A stretch of DNA of 64,000 nt from Eledone cirrhosa (lineage: Eukaryota): the NCBI GenBank assembly GCA_964016885.1, contig OZ024751.1, forward strand, positions 3,720,001 through 3,784,000. Direction: 5' to 3'. The translations under genes and the position numbers were made by a program. This document shows, in pieces, positions 10,562 through 23,094 of the stretch (positions are counted from its first letter, which is position 1; every line of letters starts with the position of its first letter). Below the pieces are notes generated by a model. The model ran no database searches and was not told where the DNA came from. It saw only the letters and a program-made list of their open reading frames with translations.

Positions 10562-11932
10562 ATTATTGATCTAGCTGTCTGTTATCTCATTGTTATCTAG
10601 CAATTATATATTATCCACATGTTAACTACCGGTTATCTGTTATATAACTGTTATCTACCTGTTTTCTAACTGTTATCCACATGCCACCTCCCTGTTATTT
10701 AATTGGTATCTAACTATTTTCCATATGTTATCTGTTATCCACAAGTTATATAACTGCTCTCTGTTATCCAACTACCATGAACTTGTTATTTAACTGTTAT
10801 TAAACAGTTACTTAACAGTTATCTAACTGTTATTTTACAGTTATCTAATTGTTTAATAACTGTTATTTAACTATTGTTTAACAATCATCTACTTCTTATC
10901 TCCATGTTATCTAAACTTCGCCAACATTTTATCTAAACGTTATCTTCAGTATATGTCCACATGTCCGGGTAGATAGCTATATCTATTAGGTAATATGCCA
11001 GTACTTCTACGAGAAGCCTGAATGTAAAAAAGATATAGAGTATTTGAAAATTATGTGGTTCAGATACTCTCCGACATGCCTATCAAGACTGAAAAACAGA
11101 TCAAACTACCCACTCACTCAATCCTTCACCGCACCATCACCCCACATATCACAATCAAAGACAACTGCTAAAACCATGGTGTTAGCCCCACCTAAATTTT
11201 TTCCTGATCTCGAACTAAGCACAGAACAATCCAGAACTCTCCATATATCTCCAGGACTATACAAAAGTTTTCAGAACTTTCCAGAATTGCTCCAATTCTC
11301 CAAACGTTTTCAGAACTCTCCAGCATTCTACAAGTCAGTTTATAACTCTCTAGAACTGCTGCTCCAAAAACACTTTCAAGGACTGTTGAAATTCTCGAGA
11401 AATTTTAAAGATTGCAAAAATTCCCCACAAATTTCCAGAATTGAACCCCCACCACAAAAATAAAATTTATAAAAATCTTCAGAACTATACATAATTCCCT
11501 AGAAGTGTCCAGAACTTCTAGAATTCCACTCCTTCGACATATTTCCCAACATATATTTTCTACTGACAGATTTTTAAGCTGAACAACTACACCAATCTTA
11601 CGATGTCCTAGAGAGTAACCATTTATCACCAGTCCTGCATATTTTCAAAGAACCACCAGTTTAAGTGATGATTACCAACAGTATGAAACAGATCTGTCAG
11701 CTTATCTCCCTTTGTCTGTTGAAAAAAGAAGTAAGTGACAGAGTCACTACTTTTAAATAATAGCGCAAGGTCTTCAAAATGATTTGAGTTAGCATGTCGA
11801 GTAAACCCGGCTGCCATTTTTAGTGGCGTGAGTCTGCGAGACACGCTAAGTTTGGGAACCATGTGCGTTACATATACACACACTATCCAGTTTTTTATTA
11901 TATTTAGAAGTGATCAGGATACTAATTTCTTC

Positions 11933-12010
11933 ACCCGCTGATGAGCTAGGACTTTGGTATTCCTCTTCACAAATAACATTGCGAAACAGTACTATTAAAA
12001 CTGTCCGGGT
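11933..12010 (+). ncRNA. Type I hammerhead ribozyme with complete core and GUC cleavage site (family C)
   Basis: ACCCG-CTGATGA-GC..GC-GAAA-CAGT actattaaa ACTG-TC-CGGGT; predicted cleavage after C12005. Confidence 0.8.
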
Positions 12011-12319
12011 AATCGGTAGTTACCACAATTCTGGTTTGTATTTATTTTTCTTGATTTATTCTTAAATTGAGTCTAGCAAACCCTATTGTCTGTAGTTAGT
12101 ATTTTTTCACCTTGGCGATTCTGGTCCATTACGATTTGAACACATATATGTCTGTGTTCGTTTTTCTTTATTGTTCAGTTATACTATATATATGTGTCGA
12201 AACAAATATTGTTATACTTGGGGAGGGTTATATCTTAACTATAATAAAGAAAGGAGTGCGGGACTGCGCCCAGAAAATAATATCCCGTTTATAAAATAAG
12301 TTGGATTACTTTTAATAAA

Positions 12320-12421
12320 TAATTGTTTCTACTTTAGGCACAAGGCCAGCAATTACCCAGTACATTACTGGTACTTTATTTTATCGACCTCGTAAGGATG
12401 AAAGGCAAAGTTAACCTCGGC
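12320..12421 (-). mobile_element. SINE, 5'-truncated
   Basis: Core and tail; ATAAATAAT on both sides. Confidence 0.88.
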
Positions 12422-12659
12422 ATAAATAATTAATGAATATTACATAATTTATCTACTAAATTTTGTAACACAAGATTAAACATATTAAAAATATTATTGC
12501 ATAGTTCAAGATTCACTTCTTCAAATTTCAATACTTCCAGTATATTTATACTACGTGGAGAGACAGAGGGAGAGAGGGGGAGAGATTGTATGTGTGAGTA
12601 TAGGAAGAGAGAGATACAGATAGAGTGACTGTGACAGATATATATATGTATATATATAT

Positions 12660-12915
12660 ATTTATTAAAATAACAGATTAAAATTTAAGCAAAGAATCGC
12701 TGCTTTCACGCTTAACGGGATCTTATATATAGTTTTCATACGCGTTTTGCTGCTACCACTGTTATTATGATTACCTCATACTACTCTCTCTCTATGCCTG
12801 GTGCATGAAATAGCAGACGATCATACATCGTTCTTTCATAACGTTCATAATATATTCTGTCTCTCATTTATTTCAAACATACATTTATTTCAAAGATTTC
12901 TTTTCTCCGTGTCAG

Positions 12916-12973
<58 letters not shown>

Positions 12974-15900
12974 TTAACATATATTTATTTCTAAGATTTC
13001 ACCGTAGAGATAACATATTTATACATACATAACAGAAAGTGAACATGGAACGCAGAAAACATTTCTCATCCAAATCCCAACGCATGGCAGCAGACGCAGA
13101 ACGACAAAGAGAGATGAGGGCAAATCAATCAAACAATAATCGCTCTAAACGTCCCAACAAATTTCTACAAATGTAATTCAGTTACAAGAATCCTACAGAT
13201 GAACCTTTCCAAGAGCAAACTGTTCTTTCCATAATGCCCCCAACATAATGCCACAACATAATGCAGGGAGTCTCTTTGCCTCTGTTTGTCCGCACTGCAA
13301 AGCTTATCGTTGGCCACATGAACCCAAATCTCTGTGCTGCTTCCAGGGAAAAGTGAAACTCCCTCAACTTCCTCCTCCTCCACCAAATATACTGAAATAT
13401 TTCGATATCACTCAAGCAGGAAATTCCTTTCTCCATAAGATGCGTGCATATAACAATGTGCTTACCTTAGCTTCAATTGGTTGCAAAGAGATTAAAACAC
13501 CAGGATTTAGTCGCACATTTAAGATCCAAGGTAAGATTTGTCATATTATTGGATCACTACTTCGAAGTGATGCTTCATTCAAGTTTGCGCAGCTTTACTT
13601 CTATGATACAGATCATGAGCTTCAGAATCGCTTGCATCATGCTAATTTAGATGCTGCTGTTCTGCAAGACCTACAAGAAGTCTTGCACTATTGCAAAGCC
13701 TATATAAGAAGCTTCAAGGTAGTCATTGAAATGCCAGACTCTGAAAATGTGAATATTGTCCTACATGTTGACAAAGTAAAACCCACTGATTTTCATTGTC
13801 GCACATATAATCTTCCCATGGCATCTGAGATTGCTGTTATTCAACCTGATACAGCATTAGGTCTCTTGGATGTCATCATTCATAAAAGAGATGGTGGTCT
13901 TCAGAGGATTCATCAGTTGCACTGTTATTATGACCCACTGCATTATGTCCTACTGTTTCCTTGGGGGAATGATGGGTTTCATGATGGTTTGAAAAGGATT
14001 GACAACAATCACACACTCACACCCACTGATTTCTACTGTTATCGGTTTCAGGTTAGGCAAAGTGACTGTAACATTATCATGAAGAGCAGGCGGCTGATGC
14101 AGCAATATGCTGTAGATGCCCAGGCAAAAATAGAACATTGTCACCTCAAATGGGCCGGCAACTATCAAACCATGATACGAGATGAAAAGTATGAGGGTTT
14201 GTATGATGCTGTGACTGAAGGAGATTCAGTAAATGCAGGCCGGAGAATTGTTCTTCCTCCTTCAATCTATTGTTCCCCTCTCTTCTACAGTGAGTGCTTT
14301 CAGAATTCGATGACTGTGGTTCAACATATGGGAAAGCGATCTTATTTCATCACGGTAACAACTAACCCTAACTGGGATGAAATAAAAAATAGTTTTCATC
14401 CTGGTGAAGAACCTAGAGACCGTCCTGATATTTGTGCAAGAGTCTTCAAGATCAAGTATGACAGCCTCATGGATGATATACTAAAAAGAAATGTCCTAGG
14501 AAACGTTGTGGCTCATTCTGCTACAATAGAGTGGCAGAAACGAGGCTTCATTCATGCTCATATTCTGCTGATAATGGCTGAAGATAGCAAACCCAAAACT
14601 GCTGATGCCATTGATCAGGTAGTGTACTGTGAGATTCCTGATAAAGAGACCAATCCAATTCTGCATAAGATCATCAGATCCTGCAACATTCATGGCCCAT
14701 GTGGACAAGCTAATATGATGTGCTCATTATGGAAGGGCTAGGACAACAACGCCATTGCTCAACATGTTATCGCAAGGCATTCAGACAAACCACATTTGTT
14801 GCCGAAAATTCCTTTCCGGAGTATAGAAGGGATAGACAGCATGGTGGTCACACCCATACAATCCAACTTAAAGGTCAAGAATTTACTGTTGATAATCGTT
14901 GGATTGTTCCATACAACCCTTTCCTCTCATTGAGATATCAGTGCCACATCAATATTGAGGTTGTCCACAGTGTCAAGGCTGTTAAGTACCTATATAAGTA
15001 CATCACAAAAGAATCAGGCAAGATCACTTTCACTATTAAGGATAATCAAGGAAATTGTGTCCATGTCCAAAATGAGATTGAGACCTATATCAATGCACGG
15101 TACATCTCAGCCAGTGAAGCATTCTGGAGAATCTATAAATTTCCATTACATCATCGAAAACCGCCAGTTGAAAAGTTGCCTTGCCATTTACCTGGGTAAC
15201 AAATGGTCGTGTATGAGCGAGGGCAGGAAGAAAGTGTTGTTTCTAGGGGACAGCCAATGACTAAGTTGACGGAATATTTTCAACTGCCCACTGGCACAAA
15301 AGATATTGTATATTGATATTCCTAAATATTTCACTTGGACAAACAAAAAGTGGCAAAGAAGAAAAAAGTGACATCTGGATGGTGATCAACAATTTATGAG
15401 TGAATCTCTTGGATGCATTCCAACAGTATCTCTCAGTAGACCTCAATCTGAATTATATTATCTCAGGATGATGATCCTACATCACAAGGCTGAGTCAACT
15501 TCATACAAAGATTTGAGGACAATTGAAGGAGATGAATTTCCAATATTCCAAGAAGCATGCAGGAAACTTGGTCTGTTGGATGAAGATGGAGAAAAAGACA
15601 AAGCTATGGAAGAAGCCTCATCCATTACGCTTGGTCCTCGGCTGCGAGAGATCTTTTGCACCATGTTATTGTACTGCATGCCAAATGACCCTCTGCAGTT
15701 CTGGGAGAAATGGAAGAATTGTCTTGCAGAGGATATCATGCATGAACATCATGAGCAAGTCATGTCCATGCAAACCGCGCAGATTGTTCTACAGAAGATC
15801 CAATAAAGACTTCAACATGAGGGCTTGGACATTCATGCCAACTATGGACTTCCTAGGCTAGACCCAACTATTGTTGCCATACCAGAAATCAACAGGGTTC

Positions 15901-17757
15901 TTATGGCAGAAACTGATTTCAATACACACCAACTGCAAGCAAACATAAATGAACTTCTGCCAACATTGAATCCTGAGCAACTGGTTATTTTCTGCTTGAA
16001 CGCAAGTGCATATACAGGAAAGACCTATGTCATAAACATCCTAGTAGATTACCTCCGATCTAAAAAGAAAAATTGCACTTGCCACTGCCATATCTAGAAT
16101 AGCAACCACTTTGCTTCACAAAGGTATAACTCTTCATTCCAAGTGCAAGATTCCTCTCAATGTGACTGCTGAATCAACTTGCATCTTCACAAAGAGGGAT
16201 GACACAGGTAAACTTATGCAGCAAGCTGACCTGTTAATCATTGATGAGATTGGTATGGGACATAAGCATATCTTTGAATGCCTTGACAGGAGCTTGAAAG
16301 ATGTTCGAGATTGCAAAAAGCATTTTGGTGGTCTAACAGTATTACTATCTGGTGACTGGAAGCATATTCTTCCAGTTGTACGTCATGGTGCTAGACCACA
16401 AATAGTTGAAGCAACCATCAAGAGATCCTATCTCTGGGACTATGTGGAAACTATGGAGATGACAACTAATCAACGGTTAATTAATGCAGAGGATTCTGAT
16501 GAAAGACAGTTTGCAAACTACCTTCTTGATGTGGGAAATGGTAACATTCCAACTGTTCCAACTGTGGGTGCATTCACAATTCTTCTGCCAAATGAACTTT
16601 GTCTGGAATATGGTAATGTGTCTGGACTGTGATTTTGTGTATACAAATCTTCTAGGAAACTACACAAACCCACTATGGCTTGCAAATAGAGCCATTATCA
16701 CTCCAACAAATGCAGCAAGATTGGTGAATGAGCTCATGGTCAACAAGTTCCCTGGTCATGAAATAATCTACAGAAGCTCTGATACAGTAGATAATGATCT
16801 GCATATCCAATTGAGTTCATCAACAAACTTACCCCATCAGGCTTCCCAACGCACATACTTAAACTGAAGAAAGGCAGTTGCATCATGATTCTGAGAAATC
16901 TGGTACCTCTAAACGGGCATTGCAATGGTACACGCTACATCATCATCAGTTTACATAATCATGTAATTGAAGCTGAAGTGGCATTGGGTACAAATGCTGG
17001 AACAAGGTTGTTAATCCCAAGGATACCACATGTATCTCAAAAACTTGAGTTCCCTTTCACCTTTACTCGCAAGCAATTTCCTGTCAAACCAGCCTTTTCC
17101 CTTACATGCAACAAGGCACATGGACAGACATTTGAAAAGATAGGTGTATATCTACCAACACAATTCTTCTCACATGGTCAGATGTATGTTGCATTATCAC
17201 GAGTTACAAAAAAAAAGAAGATATAAAAATATTAAATGAAAGTGATCTGTTTGCTGAGAACTGTGTCTACAAAGAAATTCTACAGTGATGTGAAACAGCT
17301 ATCACTCTCTTTTAGTTGAAATGCATTTCAGTTTCTATTTAATTGCTAGAAAAAGAACACTACAAAAATTTAAGAAGTCTATATGTCAATACAGTCAAAC
17401 AACAATATAGCGAGGGTCAACTCTTGATATTGGTAAATGTAATTAATTCATACATACGAACGAACAGCATCTATTTTCAAATTCACTGCTTGAAACTTCC
17501 CATCGACATTCTCAAGTGAAGATTCATGAACATTTTCCGTCAACAGTTTCATCGCTTTTCCATCTCCATTATCGCCTTTTTTTATGTATCATGGATTACT
17601 TTACTGATTACAGAAGTAAGTGTAACACAGTCTCTGTTCAGTTTATGTGCATATTGTCAATTTACGTTTCATATCTATGTGCATATATATTTGCGTATAT
17701 CCATATGCACACTATAGATACTAGCAGAGAACCGCCCGTGTGCGGTTCTTCTGCTAG
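12660..17757 (+). mobile_element. Helitron element (5' end uncertain; 3' end hairpin + CTAG|T)
   Basis: RepHel ORF remnants; terminal GAACCGC-ccgtgt-GCGGTTC hairpin followed by TTCTGCTAG|T at 17754-17758. Confidence 0.8.
13045..17287 (+). pseudogene. Helitron RepHel transposase (HUH Rep + PIF1-like helicase), disrupted by several frameshifts and stops
   Basis: N-terminal CPHC..CC zinc finger; Rep motifs YFITVTTNPNW, EWQKRGFIHAHILL, YLYKYITK; helicase motifs TGKT, LIIDEI, LSGDWKHILPV, CNGTR, TCNKAHGQT, FSHGQMYVALSRV. Confidence 0.95.
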
Positions 17758-17830
17758 TTGTTATAATATTGCCAGAAATAATAACAGTACACACTCACTG
17801 TTTGGTTTGGGTTGGATTTCGCTTCTGTAT

Positions 17831-17905
<75 letters not shown>

Positions 17906-17911
<6 letters not shown>

Positions 17912-18700
17912 ATACTTTGGGAGGGTCATGTTGCCAATAAGAAACACACGCACCAGTTGCTTTCACTTCAATTTATTATATATTTATAAATTTACAAATT
18001 TATAAATTTCTGGTTGGTTGGTTCCACAACCAGATAGTTGTTTATATATAGTCATAGTTCTTTCGTCACACACTCTGTGACCTCTTCAGGGACTGGGGAT
18101 TCCTTTCTTTGTTTCTGTGCCTCTCCTTTGTTCTGTCCTACGCCATTTTGTTTCTGTGTGTGTATTGTGTGCTCAGTCTGCGCATGCGTCACATCCGGGT
18201 GTCTGTGTGTGTTTATGTTCATTTATCTATTTGTTTATTTACATGTTACTGGTCGGTTGTTTGTTCTATGTGTGTGTGTGTTTTCATTTTGTCCTTAATT
18301 GTAAGTTGTGATGTTGCTGTTCCACTCATATTTTCTATTTAATTTTGGTTGTAATTCTTTTATGTTTATTGCCTCTGTAATTTGTCTAAACATTGCGTCT
18401 TTTCTGTGTGTAGATTCTATTTTTATTTCTATGTTCTCTAATTTACCCTTGTGTTCTATCTTAGCATGTTGGTAGAGTACAGATGATTCTTTATTATCTT
18501 AAAGGTCTCGCCAGTGTTCATTTATCCGTTCCAACCAGAAATTTATAAATTTGTAAATTTATAAATATGTAATAAATTGAAGTGAAAGCAACTGGTGCGT
18601 GTGTTTCTTATTGGCAACATGACCCTCCCAAAGTATAACAATATCGGTTTCAACACACGATTTCAGATAAAGAATCTTGCTAAACAAAAATTCAGAAACG

Positions 18701-18702
<2 letters not shown>
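17906..18702 (-). mobile_element. Penelope-like 3' end (same family as 599-1836) with inverted terminal pLTR segment
   Basis: 17906-18530 matches 599-1230; 18531-18645 is the reverse complement of 17906-18020, extended by ~55 bp; flanked by (TA)n. Confidence 0.88.
18051..18093 (-). ncRNA. Minimal hammerhead ribozyme (family B)
   Basis: GTCC-CTGAAGA-G-GTCACA gagtg TGTGAC-GAAA-GAAC-TA-TGAC. Confidence 0.65.
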
Positions 18703-18747
<45 letters not shown>

Positions 18748-18777
18748 CATACATACATACATACATACATACATACA

Positions 18778-18812
<35 letters not shown>

Positions 18813-18995
18813 TTATATGTATATATATATATACACATATATACATATATATGTATATGTATATATATGTGTTATGTACAAGGGCCCTGTTTCAGGGGTT
18901 ACTAGAGGACACTTTCTCAGGAATGGGGAACAAACCATCTTTTGTTTTTTGTTTATTTGATATAATAAATTCTTTTTAAACTTATTTTCTTATAT

Positions 18996-20840
18996 CTAAA
19001 CTTCATTTGAATATATAAAATTGTTTTTGTCTAAACAATTATTTTGTAAAGGGCAGTTTGATTTGATTCTACAGTTACATTTACTAGAGTTATTGTTGTT
19101 CGGAACGGTACCATTATTCTGAATATTGTTGTTAGAAATATTATTATTGCTAATTTGGTTAGTTTGGTTAGGGTTTACATTTAAGTTTCTTTTATTAATT
19201 CTATTTATATTTTGTGCTATGTTCATAGAGTAGGATAGTTTTATAGTGTGTCTGTTAAAAATAGAGTGGTATCTATGGGCTTTAGGAAAACATTTATCTA
19301 GTGCTTTAAAGAATAGTTTTGCTAAAGGTGTTTTAACGCTTAATGAGAATGGGGGAGAGTACCAAATAATATTTCTAGTTCTAGTTTTTTTTTTGTTTGG
19401 TTTAGTGTTAATACTAGGATGATATGTCATGTTATTGTTATCTATGTATTTCATTCTATTCGAGTATCCTGCTCTATGTAAAGCTTCATTATAATATTCA
19501 GCCTCATCATCAAAAATATTTTTATTAGCGAAGATGCGTGAAATCCGTTGTTGGACGCTATTGACAATAGTGTTTTTTCATATTTCTAGGATGATTAGAA
19601 TTCAAACTTACATAATTTAAATTTTCGTTAATTTTATGGAAAGGATAGTAAAGACCTGTGCTAAGGTTTAAAGTTACATCTAAGAAGTTAACGATTTTGT
19701 AGTTATTCTCTATTTCTAACTTAAGATTGTAGTTGTTGAAAAATTGTATTATGGATTTTCTTTTCCTATTAATTTCACTATTGCTATGGTTTTCAGTTAA
19801 AAGCAACATATCGTCACGATATAAACCTCCGGTCATCTCTGGCATTTTCCTATGCAGTACATTATTAATAAATAATCCAACGAGGTCTGTAAGTTGCGCC
19901 GAGTCAGATGATCCCATAGTGATATCTAAATTGTTTTTTTTTTTGTCGGCTCTTGTCCAGAGATGATTATTAAATTCTATTAGTGTTTTACGTGCTGTTA
20001 GAATTATATTCATTTCTTCACTAGATAAGTCTGTATGATTAGACGCGTAGATAAGTGCCTTATTAAGTAAATTAGGGGTAATAGAGAAGTTATAATTTGC
20101 AATATCCATTTGAATGAATTTTTTGTAATGTTTTAATTTTATCTTATTGAACCAATCTATATCTTCATTAGTACCGTTGCATAGTTTAAGGTGTGATTTT
20201 ACTTTAAGTAGTGGTATAATTCTGTTTAATATATGTTTGCTAATTATGCCTGGTGCGATGAGTCTGACTGGTAGTTCAATTTCAAAATTTCTTTTGTGGT
20301 CCTTCGGGTTAATTTTCGGTTTTCTAGGTATAAGGGGTTCAGTCCTATTTTGGATGCCTAATTTGCAAATAATTTCAGAAGCTTCTCTATTTAACGTTGA
20401 AAGATCTTCATTTGATATTATTTTGTAGTTTTTTTTTTTGCGTTCTTTCAATATAAGGTTATTATATTCGTCCTTTTCCATACCATATAAATTATTAGTT
20501 TTATCAGATTTTATGAAGATCCTCTTAGTTTTTTCAAGATTGTCTATGTTATTCTTGAGGATTTAAGGTACTACTGGCCTATAAATTGTTTTTTTTTAAA
20601 TTTAATATTTTGTATAATAGATATTACTTCATTTTCAAATTCTGCTAGTAGTTTGTTGCTAGGTGGATTCTTCTTAGATTTGAGGATATGATCAAAGTTG
20701 TAACTGGAGGTATTTATTTTGTCATCCGATTTTCTATCAAAATGTAAGGCAGACCATCTAAGTGTTCGTATAAAGGAGTCAGATTTCTCAATGAGTTGTT
20801 TTAGATATTCCATTACCAACAAATTTAATAACCCTTCTGC
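18996..20840 (-). mobile_element. Penelope-like element RT region (second family), degenerate
   Basis: FIRTLRWSALHF, QMDIANY, TMGSSDSAQLTDLVGLF, GLYRDDMLL, VNFLDVTLNL, SNHP, RNIIWYSPPFS, CNCR..CPL..C. Confidence 0.9.
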
Positions 20841-20841
20841 T

Positions 20842-21040
<199 letters not shown>

Positions 21041-21522
21041 AGGAGGTGAGTTTATTGTAGCACAATAAAGCAATGCAAATATCGGATAAGTACCACTCAA
21101 CACTTTATAGGACTGGAGTATAAATAATATAAAATCAAAAGGTGGTTAAAAGAGTTCCATGTATCTTATTATGCGCATAATTTTCAGTAGTACCATCCCA
21201 CATAAATTCCTCAATTTAAGAATGACCCGTAGTATCGAATTTCATACTATAAACCTCAATTGAATATATATCTGACCAGGAATGCTTTTTGTGAAAATTA
21301 GTCATGTGGAACTATTGTCATCTTCCCTGTCGGTTTGAACTTTACAACACCACCTGCTTCTTTGAGGCCAAATACCAACCCGACTAGCATCTACAAACTG
21401 ACCAATGAGAATTAAGATTATTCCTGCTGACTACATTAAATTATCCCTAACAAGCTCATATGTCCCAAGGCTCTAAAACCATCAACACCAAAAACACAGA
21501 GCTGGCATATCTAAGAACTGTC

Positions 21523-21582
21523 TAACTGCCTGATGAGGTCATATCCATTCAATAGCTATCATCGAAATATATATAACATTAA
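21523..21582 (+). ncRNA. Degenerate minimal hammerhead ribozyme in an old Penelope-like 3' end
   Basis: CTGATGA-GGT..ATC-GAAA-TATATA-TA; stem I poorly paired. Confidence 0.45.
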
Positions 21583-21786
21583 ATAAAGGATTATGAGTTC
21601 ATGCAATTGACTTATGTTTCGTCACTATATATATATATATATATACACACACATATATGTATATATTTTTTCAAATACACATGTGTACATACATATATAT
21701 ACACATACACAGAAAACATACATACACACACATATTATATATATATATACATATACACATATACATACATGTACACATACATATAC

Positions 21787-21893
<107 letters not shown>

Positions 21894-22069
21894 GGGAAGC
21901 AGAAAATTGCTTATTGTGATCCAGTTCGTGGTTAAGAAAGCCAGTTTCAAAATAGTGAGCATTATAATAAATGTTCGGTAAACCCATACGAACATATATG
22001 TGTGTGCATGTATATATATATGTATATATATGTATGTACGTATACATACATACTTACATTTATATATAT

Positions 22070-22522
22070 ATTGTTATACTTTGGGAGGGTCATGTTGCCA
22101 ATAAGAAACACATGCACCAGTTGTTTCACTCCAATTTATTATAAATTAAATTTATAAATTTAATAATTTATAAATTTCCGGTTGGTTGGTTCCACAACCG
22201 GACGGTTGTTCATATATTGTCAAAGTTCTTTCGTCACATATTCTGTGACCTCTTCAGTGACTGGGGATTCTTTTCTTTGTTTTGTGTCTCTCCTTTGTTC
22301 TGTCCTACGCAATCTTGTTTTTTCCGGTTGGTTGTGGAACCAGCCAACCAGCCGGAAGTTTATAAATTCTTAAATTCATAAATTTAATTTATAATAAATT
22401 GGAGTGAAAGCACTGGTGCGTGTGTTTCTTATTGGCAACATGACCATCCCAAAGTATAACAATATCGGTTTCAACACACGTTTTCAGATAAAGAATCTTG
22501 TTAAACAAATTCAGAAACGAAA
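22070..22522 (-). mobile_element. Short Penelope pLTR with inverted terminal copy (family of 599-1836)
   Basis: 22070-22321 matches 599-855; 22322-22463 is an inverted copy of the terminus plus the same extension seen at 18645-18702. Confidence 0.85.
22219..22261 (-). ncRNA. Minimal hammerhead ribozyme (family B)
   Basis: GTCA-CTGAAGA-G-GTCACA gaata TGTGAC-GAAA-GAAC-TT-TGAC. Confidence 0.7.
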
Positions 22523-22688
22523 TATATATATATATATACATAAGAATTAAAATACTAGAGTGTGTTGGAGTTACACACCCTCTTCGTATTATAGAAATAA
22601 CAGTAAAAGTATAGCTCAATGTAATTAAACAGAACCGAAGAATTATGAAAATAAACCAAAGAAGCCTTCAATACATCAAAAGTCTTTA

Positions 22689-22732
22689 TTAGCCAACAAT
22701 GTTTCGTCCTATTAAGGACTCATCAGGGCAAT
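22689..22732 (-). ncRNA. Minimal hammerhead ribozyme (family D)
   Basis: TTGCC-CTGATGA-GTCCT taat AGGAC-GAAA-CATTG-TT-GGCTA. Confidence 0.7.
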
Positions 22733-23094
22733 TAAAGCTATAAGAAGCACTATCGGCCAATACAAGCCAAAACACTCAGAAGAATATGGAGTGTACAAAC
22801 ATTAAAGCATAGGAAAATATCAAGTAAAAATTGCTAAGGAAGTGAATAACATTTTGAACCATATTACAAATATAGTCCAATGCAAAAAACTAAAGCTAAA
22901 CAAAGGTGGTAATATAGAGCGGGAATTATTGCACTATATATAATATAATATAATATAATTGATAATAATAATAATAATATTAAAAGGCCAAATATACATA
23001 TATATATATATATATATACATATGTACACACATATACATATATTATAATTATAATTATAATAAGAAACCTAGCCCTAACTCTAAAATTAAAAGA

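Noticed and set aside
11044-11650. 139-aa ORF
   Set aside because: Arises from a degenerate TTCTCCAGAA-like repeat; no recognisable domain
11785-11910. Possible small non-autonomous Helitron on the minus strand (TCTAAATATAATAAAA.. start)
   Set aside because: No convincing 3' hairpin/CTRR end
18640-18680. CTGAAAT..GAAAC on the minus strand as another hammerhead (also 22460-22495)
   Set aside because: Core lacks the GA of CUGANGA and no stems close it
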